Assembly: GCA_963662715.1 (NCBI GenBank)
Contig: OY759724.1
Span: 1,320,001-1,352,000, forward strand
DNA length: 32,000 bases
Direction: 5' to 3'
DNA from: Candidatus Omnitrophota bacterium
GTDB lineage: Bacteria; Omnitrophota; Gorgyraeia; Zapsychrales; JANLHA01
The translations under genes and the position numbers were made by a program. Under the pieces are notes generated by a model. It searched no databases. It was not told the DNA's origin and saw nothing but the letters and a program-made list of their open reading frames with translations. Shown one piece after another: positions 25,106-32,000 of the stretch (its first letter is position 1; each line of letters opens with the position of its first letter).

Positions 25106-25482
25106 CGGCTTGGGATGGGATGAACAGGAGAAAATTTCCCCGGGTAATGTATCCGTGTCTGGTCACAATTCGTCATGAAAAGGGGGAGCAGCAGGTTATT
25201 CTGACGCACACGGAGAACATTGGCATCGGGGGAATCTGTGTCATATTAAAAAACAGCATAAAAATGTTTGCGCCGGTCGGCGTCGAGATGGACATGCTTG
25301 ATATGGACGAACATATTGTCTGCGAGGGGCGCATTGTCTGGTCGGTTCGGAGAAAAGATTTTGAGCAGGAAAAACCCTCGTATTATGATATTGGGATAGA
25401 ATTTGTGAATTTATTAGACGAGAACCAGAAACGCATAGAAGCTATTGTCAAAAAACTGGTTTTAAGGAACATGACCGTTTAA
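25102..25482 (+). CDS. PilZ-domain protein (putative c-di-GMP receptor)
   Basis: 126 aa with RRKFPR (RxxxR motif) followed 23 residues later by ENIGIGG (N-x-G-x-x-G, a near-canonical D/NxSxxG). The ATG overlaps the ymdB stop (ATGA at 25102-25105). AAGGAG lies at 25090-25095. Confidence 0.75.
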   Translation: MTAWDGMNRRKFPRVMYPCLVTIRHEKGEQQVILTHTENIGIGGICVILKNSIKMFAPVGVEMDMLDMDEHIVCEGRIVWSVRRKDFEQEKPSYYDIGIEFVNLLDENQKRIEAIVKKLVLRNMTV

Positions 25483-25513
25483 TTTGTCATTGTCGTGATG
25501 TGTTTTTGAAAAT

Positions 25514-25544
25514 TTTTCCCTCTACCGGGAGAAATTCTTTTTTT
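25514..25544 (+). terminator. Possible intrinsic terminator after the PilZ gene
   Basis: TTTTCCC (25514-25520), loop TCTACC, GGGAGAA (25527-25533), giving 7 bp with one G-U, then ATTC and a T7 run. Confidence 0.4.
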
Positions 25545-25603
25545 AAGCCCTGAAATTCACACAAGAATCTTTTGTGTTGTTTTCGGGTTGAAGGGAAATA
25601 AAA

Positions 25604-26881
25604 ATGATCAAAGTCCGTTTTGCCCCCAGCCCCACGGGGTATTTACATATCGGCGGAGCGCGTACAGCCCTCTTTAACTGGCTTTACGCTCGCGCCCAGG
25701 GCGGTTCTTTTGTCTTGCGCATTGAAGACACGGACCAGGAACGGTCCAAAGATATTTATCTGGAAGAAATTTTACAGAGCATGAAATGGTTGGGACTGCA
25801 ATGGGAAGAACTGTACAAGCAATCGGAACGCTTTGATATTTATCTGGAGTATGCTCAAAAACTTATTCAGGACGGCCGGGCCTATCGGGATGGTGAAGCG
25901 GTTATTCTTTCCATGCCGCAACAGGAGATCAAACTGTATGACCTGATCCGCGGGGAGATTTCTTTTGATACGGCTCTTTTAAAGGACGAGGTTCTGATAA
26001 AATCCGACAAGTCCCCCACCTATAGTTTCGCCTGTGTGGTTGATGATGCCCTTATGGGCATATCTCACGTGATCCGGGGCGATGACCACATTTCCAACAC
26101 CCCGAAGCAGCTTATGATTTATCAGGCTCTGGGATTAAAGCCTCCCAAGTATGCGCATCTGCCTCTTATTATGGGAGAAGACGGCGGGCGCTTGTCTAAA
26201 AGGACCGGGGCCGTAGCGGTCACGGATTATAAGCGGCAGGGATTTATTCCGGAAGCGCTTGTTAATTATTTGTTGCTGCTTGGCTGGTCGCCGGGAAACA
26301 ACCAGGAAAAAATTGATTTGAAAGCCGCTATAAAAAAATTTTCTATTAAACAGGTCCAAAAATCTCCGGCCATATTTTCGTTAGAAAAGTTAACCTGGCT
26401 GAATGCCCAGTATATCAAACAGATGGATGCCGGGGGGCTTACGGAATTGCTTGTTCCTTTTTTGCAGGAGAGGGGTTTTTTATCAGAGGTTTATGATGGG
26501 AAAATGTTGGAAAATAGTGTAAAATTGTATCAAAGCCGGATGCCCACGCTGGTAGATTTTTGTGACCGTGCGGACTTTTTGTTTAAAGACCGGATAGATT
26601 TTTCTGACGAGATCGTTTTGAAATTGAAAGAGTCGGGGCAGGAGCAAAACATTTCGGTGTTAAGAGAAAGATTAAGCCGGCTTTCTGAATTCTCCCTGGA
26701 ATCTACAGAGAAGATTTTTAGAGATGTTGTCGCCGAACTTGGATTAGAATCGGCGGATCTGGTGCATCCGGTCCGGATGCTTTTAACGGGGAAGACCATC
26801 GGCCCGGGGCTTTTTGAAACCATGGCCCTGGTCGGAAAAGAAAAAACGATACGGCGATTAAATTATCAATTTAATGCTTAA
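25604..26881 (+). CDS. gltX: Glutamyl-tRNA synthetase
   Basis: Contains RFAPSPTGYLHIGGARTALFNW (HIGH), RIEDTD and GGRLSKR (KMSKS). At 425 aa it is somewhat short at the C-terminus. Confidence 0.93.
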   Translation: MIKVRFAPSPTGYLHIGGARTALFNWLYARAQGGSFVLRIEDTDQERSKDIYLEEILQSMKWLGLQWEELYKQSERFDIYLEYAQKLIQDGRAYRDGEAVILSMPQQEIKLYDLIRGEISFDTALLKDEVLIKSDKSPTYSFACVVDDALMGISHVIRGDDHISNTPKQLMIYQALGLKPPKYAHLPLIMGEDGGRLSKRTGAVAVTDYKRQGFIPEALVNYLLLLGWSPGNNQEKIDLKAAIKKFSIKQVQKSPAIFSLEKLTWLNAQYIKQMDAGGLTELLVPFLQERGFLSEVYDGKMLENSVKLYQSRMPTLVDFCDRADFLFKDRIDFSDEIVLKLKESGQEQNISVLRERLSRLSEFSLESTEKIFRDVVAELGLESADLVHPVRMLLTGKTIGPGLFETMALVGKEKTIRRLNYQFNA

Positions 26882-26894
26882 TAAAGAGGTGAAT

Positions 26895-27032
26895 ATGCGA
26901 AGAAAAAAATTATTGTGCTGTTTGGTCCTGTTAGCCTGTTTTTGCGTGACCTCTCTGGGGTGTCAGGCTGCGGTTGATTCTGTTGAGGAAACAGACAGAT
27001 GGCTTGATGAAGAACTTCATAAGCACATGTAA
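26895..27032 (+). CDS. Small (45 aa) Cys-rich signal-peptide protein, possible lipoprotein
   Basis: My translation gives MRRKKLLCCLVLLACFCVTSLGCQAAVDSVEETDRWLDEELHKHM. AGAGGTG lies 5 nt upstream of the ATG. The sequence has a basic n-region, a hydrophobic core, then SLGC (an imperfect lipobox) or a CQA-A signal-peptidase I site. It is below the track cutoff. Confidence 0.5.
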   Translation: MRRKKLLCCLVLLACFCVTSLGCQAAVDSVEETDRWLDEELHKHM

Positions 27033-27063
27033 TTTTATATACGCATAACAGTCTATATTTATT

Positions 27064-27138
27064 TGCCCTGTGGTGTAATTGGTAACACATGAGACTCTGG
27101 ATCTTAGTTTCCTGGTTCGAGTCCAGGCGGGGCAGCCA
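27064..27138 (+). tRNA. tRNA-Gln (CTG)
   Basis: Hand-folded: acceptor TGCCCTG/CGGGGCA with the U1:A72 pair typical of bacterial tRNA-Gln, D-stem GTGT/ACAC, anticodon stem TGAGA/TCTTA, loop CTCTGGA, T-arm CCTGG-TTCGAGT-CCAGG. CCA is encoded. Confidence 0.88.
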
Positions 27139-27146
27139 TATCAAAA

Positions 27147-27173
27147 GGGACGCCGGTCAGGCGTCCCTTTTTT
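27147..27173 (+). terminator. Intrinsic terminator after tRNA-Gln
   Basis: GGGACGCC (27147-27154), loop GGTCA, GGCGTCCC (27160-27167), then TTTTTT. Confidence 0.85.
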
Positions 27174-27248
27174 CCTGGTCGCCGGCATCTTTTCCCTTGG
27201 GCCCTTGCTCGTTCAATGGTAAAATTGAAACACCGGACAGGAGGCCGT

Positions 27249-28058
27249 ATGGCTGTAAATAAAAAATTTAAGAAGTTGCAACAGATTATCAAAGCAAGCG
27301 ATTCTGCCCTCGTAGCCTTTTCCGGAGGAGTGGACAGCACCTTTTTAGCTGCCGTAGCGCAGGAGATATTAGGCCGAAAGATGTCGGCCGTTACGGTTGT
27401 GACGCCGTTTTTGTCAAAAGAGGAAAAACAATGGGTAAAGGAAACAGCGAAACGGTTAAAACTGAATCATTTCGTTCGCCGAATATCGTTACCAGAAGGA
27501 ATAATGAAAAATCATAAAGACCGGTGTTATGTCTGTAAAAAGGAAATTTTTGGCCTGTTATGTCAATACCAGAAAAAAAAGGGCTATGCCTGTGTTATGG
27601 AAGGGTCGAATCAAGATGATTTGAATGATTATCGTCCCGGGAGAAAGGCGCTTAGGGAGCTGCAAATCCGCAGCCCGCTTCAGGAAGCCGGTTTGCGGAA
27701 AAAAGAGATACGCCGTCTTGCCAAAGGCATGGGGCTTTTAGAATGGGACAGATCGTCTTCTCCTTGTCTGGCCACGCGGTTTCCGTATGGCGAAAAACTT
27801 GTCCCGAAAAAAATTGCCATTGTTGACGAGACCGAAGGTTTTTTGAAGCGGCTTGATTTGCGCTCCGTGCGGGTAAGAGTGCACGGGACTTTGGCCCGCA
27901 TCGAAGTAGAAAAAAAACAAATCCCGGTTTTATTGGAAAACAGAGATAAGATCGTCCGGAGATTTAAAAGACTGGGCATTCACTATATTTGTGTCGACTT
28001 GGAAGGGTATCGGTGCGGAGCCATGAACGAGGATATCGTATGGAAAAAACAAAAATAA
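27249..28058 (+). CDS. larE: LarE-family ATP-dependent sulfur transferase (PP-loop ATP pyrophosphatase)
   Basis: PP-loop (AFSGGVDSTF), CYVCKK (CxxC) and SSSPCLATRF. GGAGG lies upstream of the ATG at 27249. The track ORF starts earlier, at 27216. Confidence 0.85.
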   Translation: MAVNKKFKKLQQIIKASDSALVAFSGGVDSTFLAAVAQEILGRKMSAVTVVTPFLSKEEKQWVKETAKRLKLNHFVRRISLPEGIMKNHKDRCYVCKKEIFGLLCQYQKKKGYACVMEGSNQDDLNDYRPGRKALRELQIRSPLQEAGLRKKEIRRLAKGMGLLEWDRSSSPCLATRFPYGEKLVPKKIAIVDETEGFLKRLDLRSVRVRVHGTLARIEVEKKQIPVLLENRDKIVRRFKRLGIHYICVDLEGYRCGAMNEDIVWKKQK

Positions 28059-28813
28059 AAGATATTCTTCAAGCCGTTCAGTCCGGACGAACCTCTGTTG
28101 AAGACGCTTTGGAAAAATTGCGGATCCTTCCTTATGAAGATCTGGGGTTTGCTAAAGTCGATCATCACCGTAACATGCGTATGGGATTCCCGGAAGTCAT
28201 TTATTGTCAGGGGAAAAAGCCGGAACAAATTGAAGCCATTTTTGAATCCTTGTCCCGGCAGAACCAACGGCTGCTTTTGACGAGAGCGTCTCCTGAAATA
28301 TTTTCCAAAATAAAAAAGATAAACCCTAAAGCCAGGTATCATTCCCAGGCGCAAGCGATAACTGTTTTTGAGAAGAAAGTTCAACGGAAAGGGCTGGTGA
28401 GTGTCGTCTGTGCCGGGACGGCGGATACGCCGGTTGCGGAAGAAGCGGCCGTCACGGCAGAATCCATGGGCAGCCGCGTGCAAAGAATTTATGATGTCGG
28501 CGTGGCCGGAATACATCGCCTGTTAGGCAGTTATGAACAAATCACGTCGAGCCGCTGCATCGTTGTTGTGGCAGGGATGGACGGGGCGTTGCCTTCCGTG
28601 ATCGGGGGGCTTGTGCCTTGTCCGGTGATCGGAGTTCCGACTTCTGTCGGGTATGGCGCCAATTTAGAAGGGCTGGCGCCTCTTTTAACGATGCTTAACA
28701 GCTGTTCCTCCAACGTTACCGTCGTCAACATCGATAACGGTTTCGGTGCCGGCTTTGTTGCCGCACTTATCAACAGGAGTCCGTATGGAAAAACTAAAAC
28801 CCTTAAGCGTTAA
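28040..28813 (+). CDS. larB: LarB-family pyridinium-3,5-biscarboxylic acid mononucleotide synthase (NCAIR-mutase/PurE-like)
   Basis: Contains ...LGFAKVDHHRNMRMGFPEVIYCQGK...VSVVCAGTADTPVAEEA...VVVAGMDGALPSVIGGLV..PVIGVPTSVGYG. The ATG at 28040 (MEKTKIK) overlaps the larE end by 19 nt. Confidence 0.85.
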   Translation: MEKTKIKDILQAVQSGRTSVEDALEKLRILPYEDLGFAKVDHHRNMRMGFPEVIYCQGKKPEQIEAIFESLSRQNQRLLLTRASPEIFSKIKKINPKARYHSQAQAITVFEKKVQRKGLVSVVCAGTADTPVAEEAAVTAESMGSRVQRIYDVGVAGIHRLLGSYEQITSSRCIVVVAGMDGALPSVIGGLVPCPVIGVPTSVGYGANLEGLAPLLTMLNSCSSNVTVVNIDNGFGAGFVAALINRSPYGKTKTLKR

Positions 28814-29114
28814 AACAAGCGGTTCCCAGAAATATCTGAGACTGCTTGCCGGAAAGCCTTCAACAGCCGGAATGAAATCGGGGTATGTTATCCTGAAGCC
28901 CGGGGAAGCTGTCGGTGATCATGTCACCGAGGCCAGAGAAGAAGCCGTTCTGGTTCTCGAGGGGGAGGCCTCCGTTTATATTGACGGGGTCTTTGCTTTT
29001 TGTGCCGGGCAAGAAACCCTCGTTTATGTTCCCCCGGAGACCCGTCATGATATTAAAAATAACGGCGCCGGAACCCTGCGCTATGTTTACATCGTGACGC
29101 CCGTGAACAGCTGA
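28785..29114 (+). CDS. Small monocupin protein
   Basis: 109 aa from the ATG at 28785 (MEKLKPLSVK...), with CAGGAG upstream. Cupin motifs: GEAVGDHVTEAREEAVLVLEG and VYVPPETRHDIKN. It overlaps the larB end by 29 nt. Confidence 0.75.
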   Translation: MEKLKPLSVKTSGSQKYLRLLAGKPSTAGMKSGYVILKPGEAVGDHVTEAREEAVLVLEGEASVYIDGVFAFCAGQETLVYVPPETRHDIKNNGAGTLRYVYIVTPVNS

Positions 29115-29158
29115 TTTATATCCTTCAGGTTTTTTCTCCTCCGCGGCCTATCGGGTAT

Positions 29159-29181
29159 AAAAAAACAGGAACGGTTTCTGT
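29159..29181 (-). terminator. Intrinsic terminator oriented for the minus strand
   Basis: Read on the minus strand: ACAGAAA-CCG-TTCCTGT (7 bp with one G-U) followed by UUUUUU. On the plus strand this is an A-run preceding the hairpin, so it cannot terminate the cupin transcript. Confidence 0.6.
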
Positions 29182-29316
29182 CAGACCATTTTATAGCGGG
29201 GCTCACGGACGAACCGTATCCCCTAGACGCCGTTTCATATCTTGTATCAGGTCTGTCCCCCGGGCCAGGGAGGCTGGACGACAGAAGAGGAAAAATTTTT
29301 CTTGGAGCCCCCGCTA

Positions 29317-29325
29317 TGTTATAAT
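29317..29325 (+). promoter_or_regulatory. Extended -10 element (TGTTATAAT) upstream of glnS
   Basis: A TGnTATAAT match 75 nt upstream of the glnS ATG. It is identical to the 9-mer at 20304-20312. Confidence 0.45.
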
Positions 29326-29399
29326 TAATTTCATTTGTACGGGATAAATAATTTTTAACAAAGCTGTTTGCTAAAACAGGAAAATTTTTACAGGAAAAC

Positions 29400-31142
29400 A
29401 TGAAAGAAGAAAATTTTTTAAAAAATCAGGACAAGGCTCCGGAGGCTCCCGGGCCCGGAACAGAGAAAAATACGGTTGATTTCGTCCGGGCGATAGTCGC
29501 GGAAGACATGCGCACACAGAAGCATTCCGGAAAAGTCGTTACGCGTTTTCCGCCGGAACCGAACGGGTATCTGCATATCGGTCATGCGAAATCCATCTGT
29601 TTGAATTTTGGTATTGCTTTGGAAAATAACGGTGTCTGTCACTTGCGGTTTGACGATACGAATCCTTGCAAGGAAGAAGATGAATATGTCGAATCCATCA
29701 AACGGGATGTTCAATGGCTGGGTTTTGATTGGAAGGACAAGCTCTTTTTTGCTTCGGACTATTTTGAACAGCTTTATCAATATGCTCTCCAGTTGATTCG
29801 AAACGGCCAAGCCTATGTCGACAGTTTAAGCCCGGAAGAAATCCGGTCTTATCGGGGAACGCTTACGGAGGAAGGGAGAGAAAGCCCTTACCGTAACCGT
29901 GCCGTCGAAGAAAATTTGGAGCTTTTCCAAAGAATGCGGGCCGGCGAGTTTGAAGAAGGCGAACATGTTTTGAGAGCGAAAATTGACATGGCGTCTTCCA
30001 ACATGAATATGCGGGACCCGGCCATTTACCGTATCCGCAAAGCGGCTCATCATCGAACAGGTTGGGAGTGGTGCATTTATCCGATGTATGATTTCGCCCA
30101 CGGCCTTTCCGATTCCATCGAAGGGATTACCCACTCGATCTGCACTCTGGAGTTTGAGAACCACCGGCCTTTGTATGACTGGTTTTTAGATGTGCTTCAG
30201 ACCCCGTGCCATCCCCAGCAGATAGAGTTTGCCCGTCTGAATTTGAGCTATACGGTTATGAGTAAGCGTAAATTATTACAGCTTGTAGAAGAAAAACTTG
30301 TCCAGGGATGGGACGATCCCCGGATGCCTACATTGTCGGGGATGCGCCGGAGAGGATATTCTCCGGAAGCTATTCGGACGTTCTGCGAGCGGATTGGCGT
30401 GGCCAAGGTCGAGGGGACCGTTGATATGAGTTTCCTGGAGCATTGCCTTCGAGAAGATCTTAATAAGAAAGCTTTGCGGGCCTTTGCTGTTTTACGTCCC
30501 ATTAAGGTTGTTATTACGAACTATCCGGAAGGGCAGACGGAAGAACTGGAAGCGATTAACAATCCTGAAGATCCTTCGGCGGGGACCCGGAAAGTCTTTT
30601 TTTCCCGGGTTCTTTATATAGAACGGGACGATTTCCGGGAAACTCCTCCGCCCAAATTTTATCGTTTATCGCCTGGCCGGGAAGTCCGGCTGCGGTATGC
30701 GTATTTTATTACCTGTACGGATGTCATTAAAAACGCACAGGGAGAAACAGAAGAACTCCATTGCACATATGATCCTTCCTCCCGGGGAGGCAATTCTCCG
30801 GACGGACGAAAAGTTAAAGCAACGCTGCATTGGGTGTCCGCCGAACATGCGGTGGATGCCGAAGTCCGCCTTTATGACTATTTGTTCTCAACGCCGGACC
30901 CAAACAAAACAGAAGAAGGCCAGGATTTTAAATCAAATCTCAATCCTCAATCGTTAGAAGTATTGCCCCACGGCAAGCTGGAGGCTTGTCTGCGGCATGC
31001 GCAAGAAGGCGTTTCCTATCAGTTTGAACGGTTGGGATATTTTTGTGTTGACTCCGAAAGCACTTCACAAAGACCGGTCTTTAACCGTACTGTAACCTTG
31101 CGGGATTCTTGGGCTAAAATTGAAAAAACTCAAAAATCGTAA
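29400..31142 (+). CDS. glnS: Glutaminyl-tRNA synthetase
   Basis: Contains [18 protein letters not shown] (HIGH), [16 protein letters not shown] (KMSKS) and a C-terminal beta-barrel anticodon-binding region ([10 protein letters not shown]). Confidence 0.95.
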   Translation: MKEENFLKNQDKAPEAPGPGTEKNTVDFVRAIVAEDMRTQKHSGKVVTRFPPEPNGYLHIGHAKSICLNFGIALENNGVCHLRFDDTNPCKEEDEYVESIKRDVQWLGFDWKDKLFFASDYFEQLYQYALQLIRNGQAYVDSLSPEEIRSYRGTLTEEGRESPYRNRAVEENLELFQRMRAGEFEEGEHVLRAKIDMASSNMNMRDPAIYRIRKAAHHRTGWEWCIYPMYDFAHGLSDSIEGITHSICTLEFENHRPLYDWFLDVLQTPCHPQQIEFARLNLSYTVMSKRKLLQLVEEKLVQGWDDPRMPTLSGMRRRGYSPEAIRTFCERIGVAKVEGTVDMSFLEHCLREDLNKKALRAFAVLRPIKVVITNYPEGQTEELEAINNPEDPSAGTRKVFFSRVLYIERDDFRETPPPKFYRLSPGREVRLRYAYFITCTDVIKNAQGETEELHCTYDPSSRGGNSPDGRKVKATLHWVSAEHAVDAEVRLYDYLFSTPDPNKTEEGQDFKSNLNPQSLEVLPHGKLEACLRHAQEGVSYQFERLGYFCVDSESTSQRPVFNRTVTLRDSWAKIEKTQKS

Positions 31143-31366
31143 TGTTTTTCATGTGAGACTGAGCGTTTAAGAAATTTTGACGGGCCGGGATGGCCTGTTC
31201 CTTATTTTTTGCTTATTTATTTTGGTTTTGCGACATAATGAGCTTGTCGGTTTTTTTCGGGGAATCCGGGAAAGACGCAAATTGTGAAATTAAATTTTAT
31301 GTGAAAAAAAATATAATAATAAAAGATAATTTTCTCATTTTGATGTAATTTAATAGGAGAAACATC

Positions 31367-31933
31367 ATGAAAAGATCTATAGGGGCAAAAACGGTTGTTT
31401 ACCCTACTCCGGTTTTTGTTATTGGGACATACGATCAGAGAGGTCAGCCCAATGTTATGACAGCTGCTTGGGCGGGTATTTGCTGCTCCTCCCCTCCTTG
31501 CGTGGCTGTTTCGTTGAGAGAAGCGACGTATTCTTACGGTAATATTGTGCTGCAAAAAGCTTTTTCAGTGAATATCCCTTCCCGGCATCAAATGAAAGAT
31601 GCTGATTATATCGGAATGGTATCCGGCAGGACAGAGAATAAACTGGAAAAACTATCCCTCACGGCCGTTGAAGGAAAAGAAGTTTACGCTCCTTATATTC
31701 AAGAGTTTCCGCTTGTATTGGAATGCCAGTTGATCCAAACGGTTAAAATAGGTCTGCACACTCAGTTTATCGGAGAGATCAAAGACGTGAAAGTGGAGGA
31801 TTCGTGTCTGGGGGCGGATAATTTTCCGGACGTTGAGAAGCTTCAGCCGTTTATGTTCGCCCCGGGCAACCGGAACTACTATTCTCTGGGAGAATTTCTC
31901 GGCAAGGCTTTTTCTGCAGGCAGGGAGCGATAG
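31367..31933 (+). CDS. Flavin reductase-like (FMN-binding split-barrel) domain protein
   Basis: 188 aa containing YPTPVFVIGTYDQRGQPNVMTAAWAGICCSSPPCVAVSLR...HTQFIGEI, typical of the flavin reductase / DIM6-NTAB family. AGGAGA lies upstream. Confidence 0.75.
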   Translation: MKRSIGAKTVVYPTPVFVIGTYDQRGQPNVMTAAWAGICCSSPPCVAVSLREATYSYGNIVLQKAFSVNIPSRHQMKDADYIGMVSGRTENKLEKLSLTAVEGKEVYAPYIQEFPLVLECQLIQTVKIGLHTQFIGEIKDVKVEDSCLGADNFPDVEKLQPFMFAPGNRNYYSLGEFLGKAFSAGRER

Positions 31934-32000
31934 CGCTCTTGATGAGATGTCTGCGGTTTTGGGGCGGTTCCGGGGCCTTGTCTTTAAACGATTTTCCTCA

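Larger units (their letters stand above)
29159..29327 (-). ncRNA. Candidate structured small RNA of unknown family
   Basis: A 12-bp closing helix (29193-29204 ATAGCGGGGCTC with 29305-29317 GAGCCCCCGCTAT, one bulged C) encloses at least three hairpins. These are ACGG-ACGAA-CCGT at 29205-29217, TCTGTC...GACAGA at 29252-29285 with inner CCAG-GGAGG-CTGG, and an A5/T5 stem at 29285-29303. A minus-strand terminator follows. A mediocre minus-strand promoter is present: TTGTTA at 29361-29356, a 16-nt spacer, then TACAAA at 29339-29334. There is no ORF. Confidence 0.35.

Noticed and set aside
27139-29400. The lar-cupin module as a tRNA-Gln-targeted genomic island
   Set aside because: I found no direct repeat of the tRNA-Gln 3' end downstream, no integrase, and no compositional difference from the flanking genes. 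I kept only the synteny observation.
1-32000. CRISPR arrays, transposases or IS ends, prophage genes, toxin-antitoxin pairs and defence systems
   Set aside because: I saw no spaced direct-repeat arrays, no terminal inverted repeats with target duplications, and no ORFs with nuclease, integrase, toxin or defence-type motifs. Coding capacity is fully accounted for by housekeeping genes.

Overview
This window is the replication-origin neighbourhood of a bacterial chromosome, and almost all of it is tightly packed housekeeping genes. gyrB (partial), a DUF721/DciA-like gene, dnaN and dnaA lie on the minus strand. A 420-bp AT-rich gap with DnaA boxes (candidate oriC) follows, and every gene after it is on the plus strand. 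In order these are: rpmH, yidD, yidC, a Jag_N-only gene, parA, parB, yicC, gmk, rpoZ, a stand-alone coaC, tRNA-Cys/Leu/Val, thrS, infC, rpmI, rplT, trkA, trkH, pheS, pheT, rarA, a 5-formyl-THF cyclo-ligase, rny, ymdB, a PilZ gene, gltX, a 45-aa signal-peptide ORF, tRNA-Gln, larE, larB, a cupin, glnS and a flavin-reductase-like gene. I found no CRISPR array, transposase, integrase, phage or recognisable defence genes, so I cannot support a claim of a large novel system.

The leads worth a second look are:
- A structured ~170-nt candidate sRNA on the minus strand upstream of glnS. It has its own minus-strand intrinsic terminator and shares collinear sequence words with a second structured, terminator-ended element between gmk and rpoZ.
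- A PilZ gene translationally coupled to rny-ymdB.
- A larE-larB-cupin module with overlapping reading frames and no larC or larA, sitting between tRNA-Gln and glnS.
- A tRNA triplet wedged between two genes that each lack the domain facing it (coaC without CoaB, thrS without TGS). pheT also lacks its B2 domain.
- Twin parS sites bracketing the parA -10 box, and a ParA with a ~96-aa acidic tail.
- A likely AUU start for infC.
- A marked AT-rich block around the origin compared with the rest of the window.

All calls come from reading the sequence and the ORF track. No database searches or folding programs were run.
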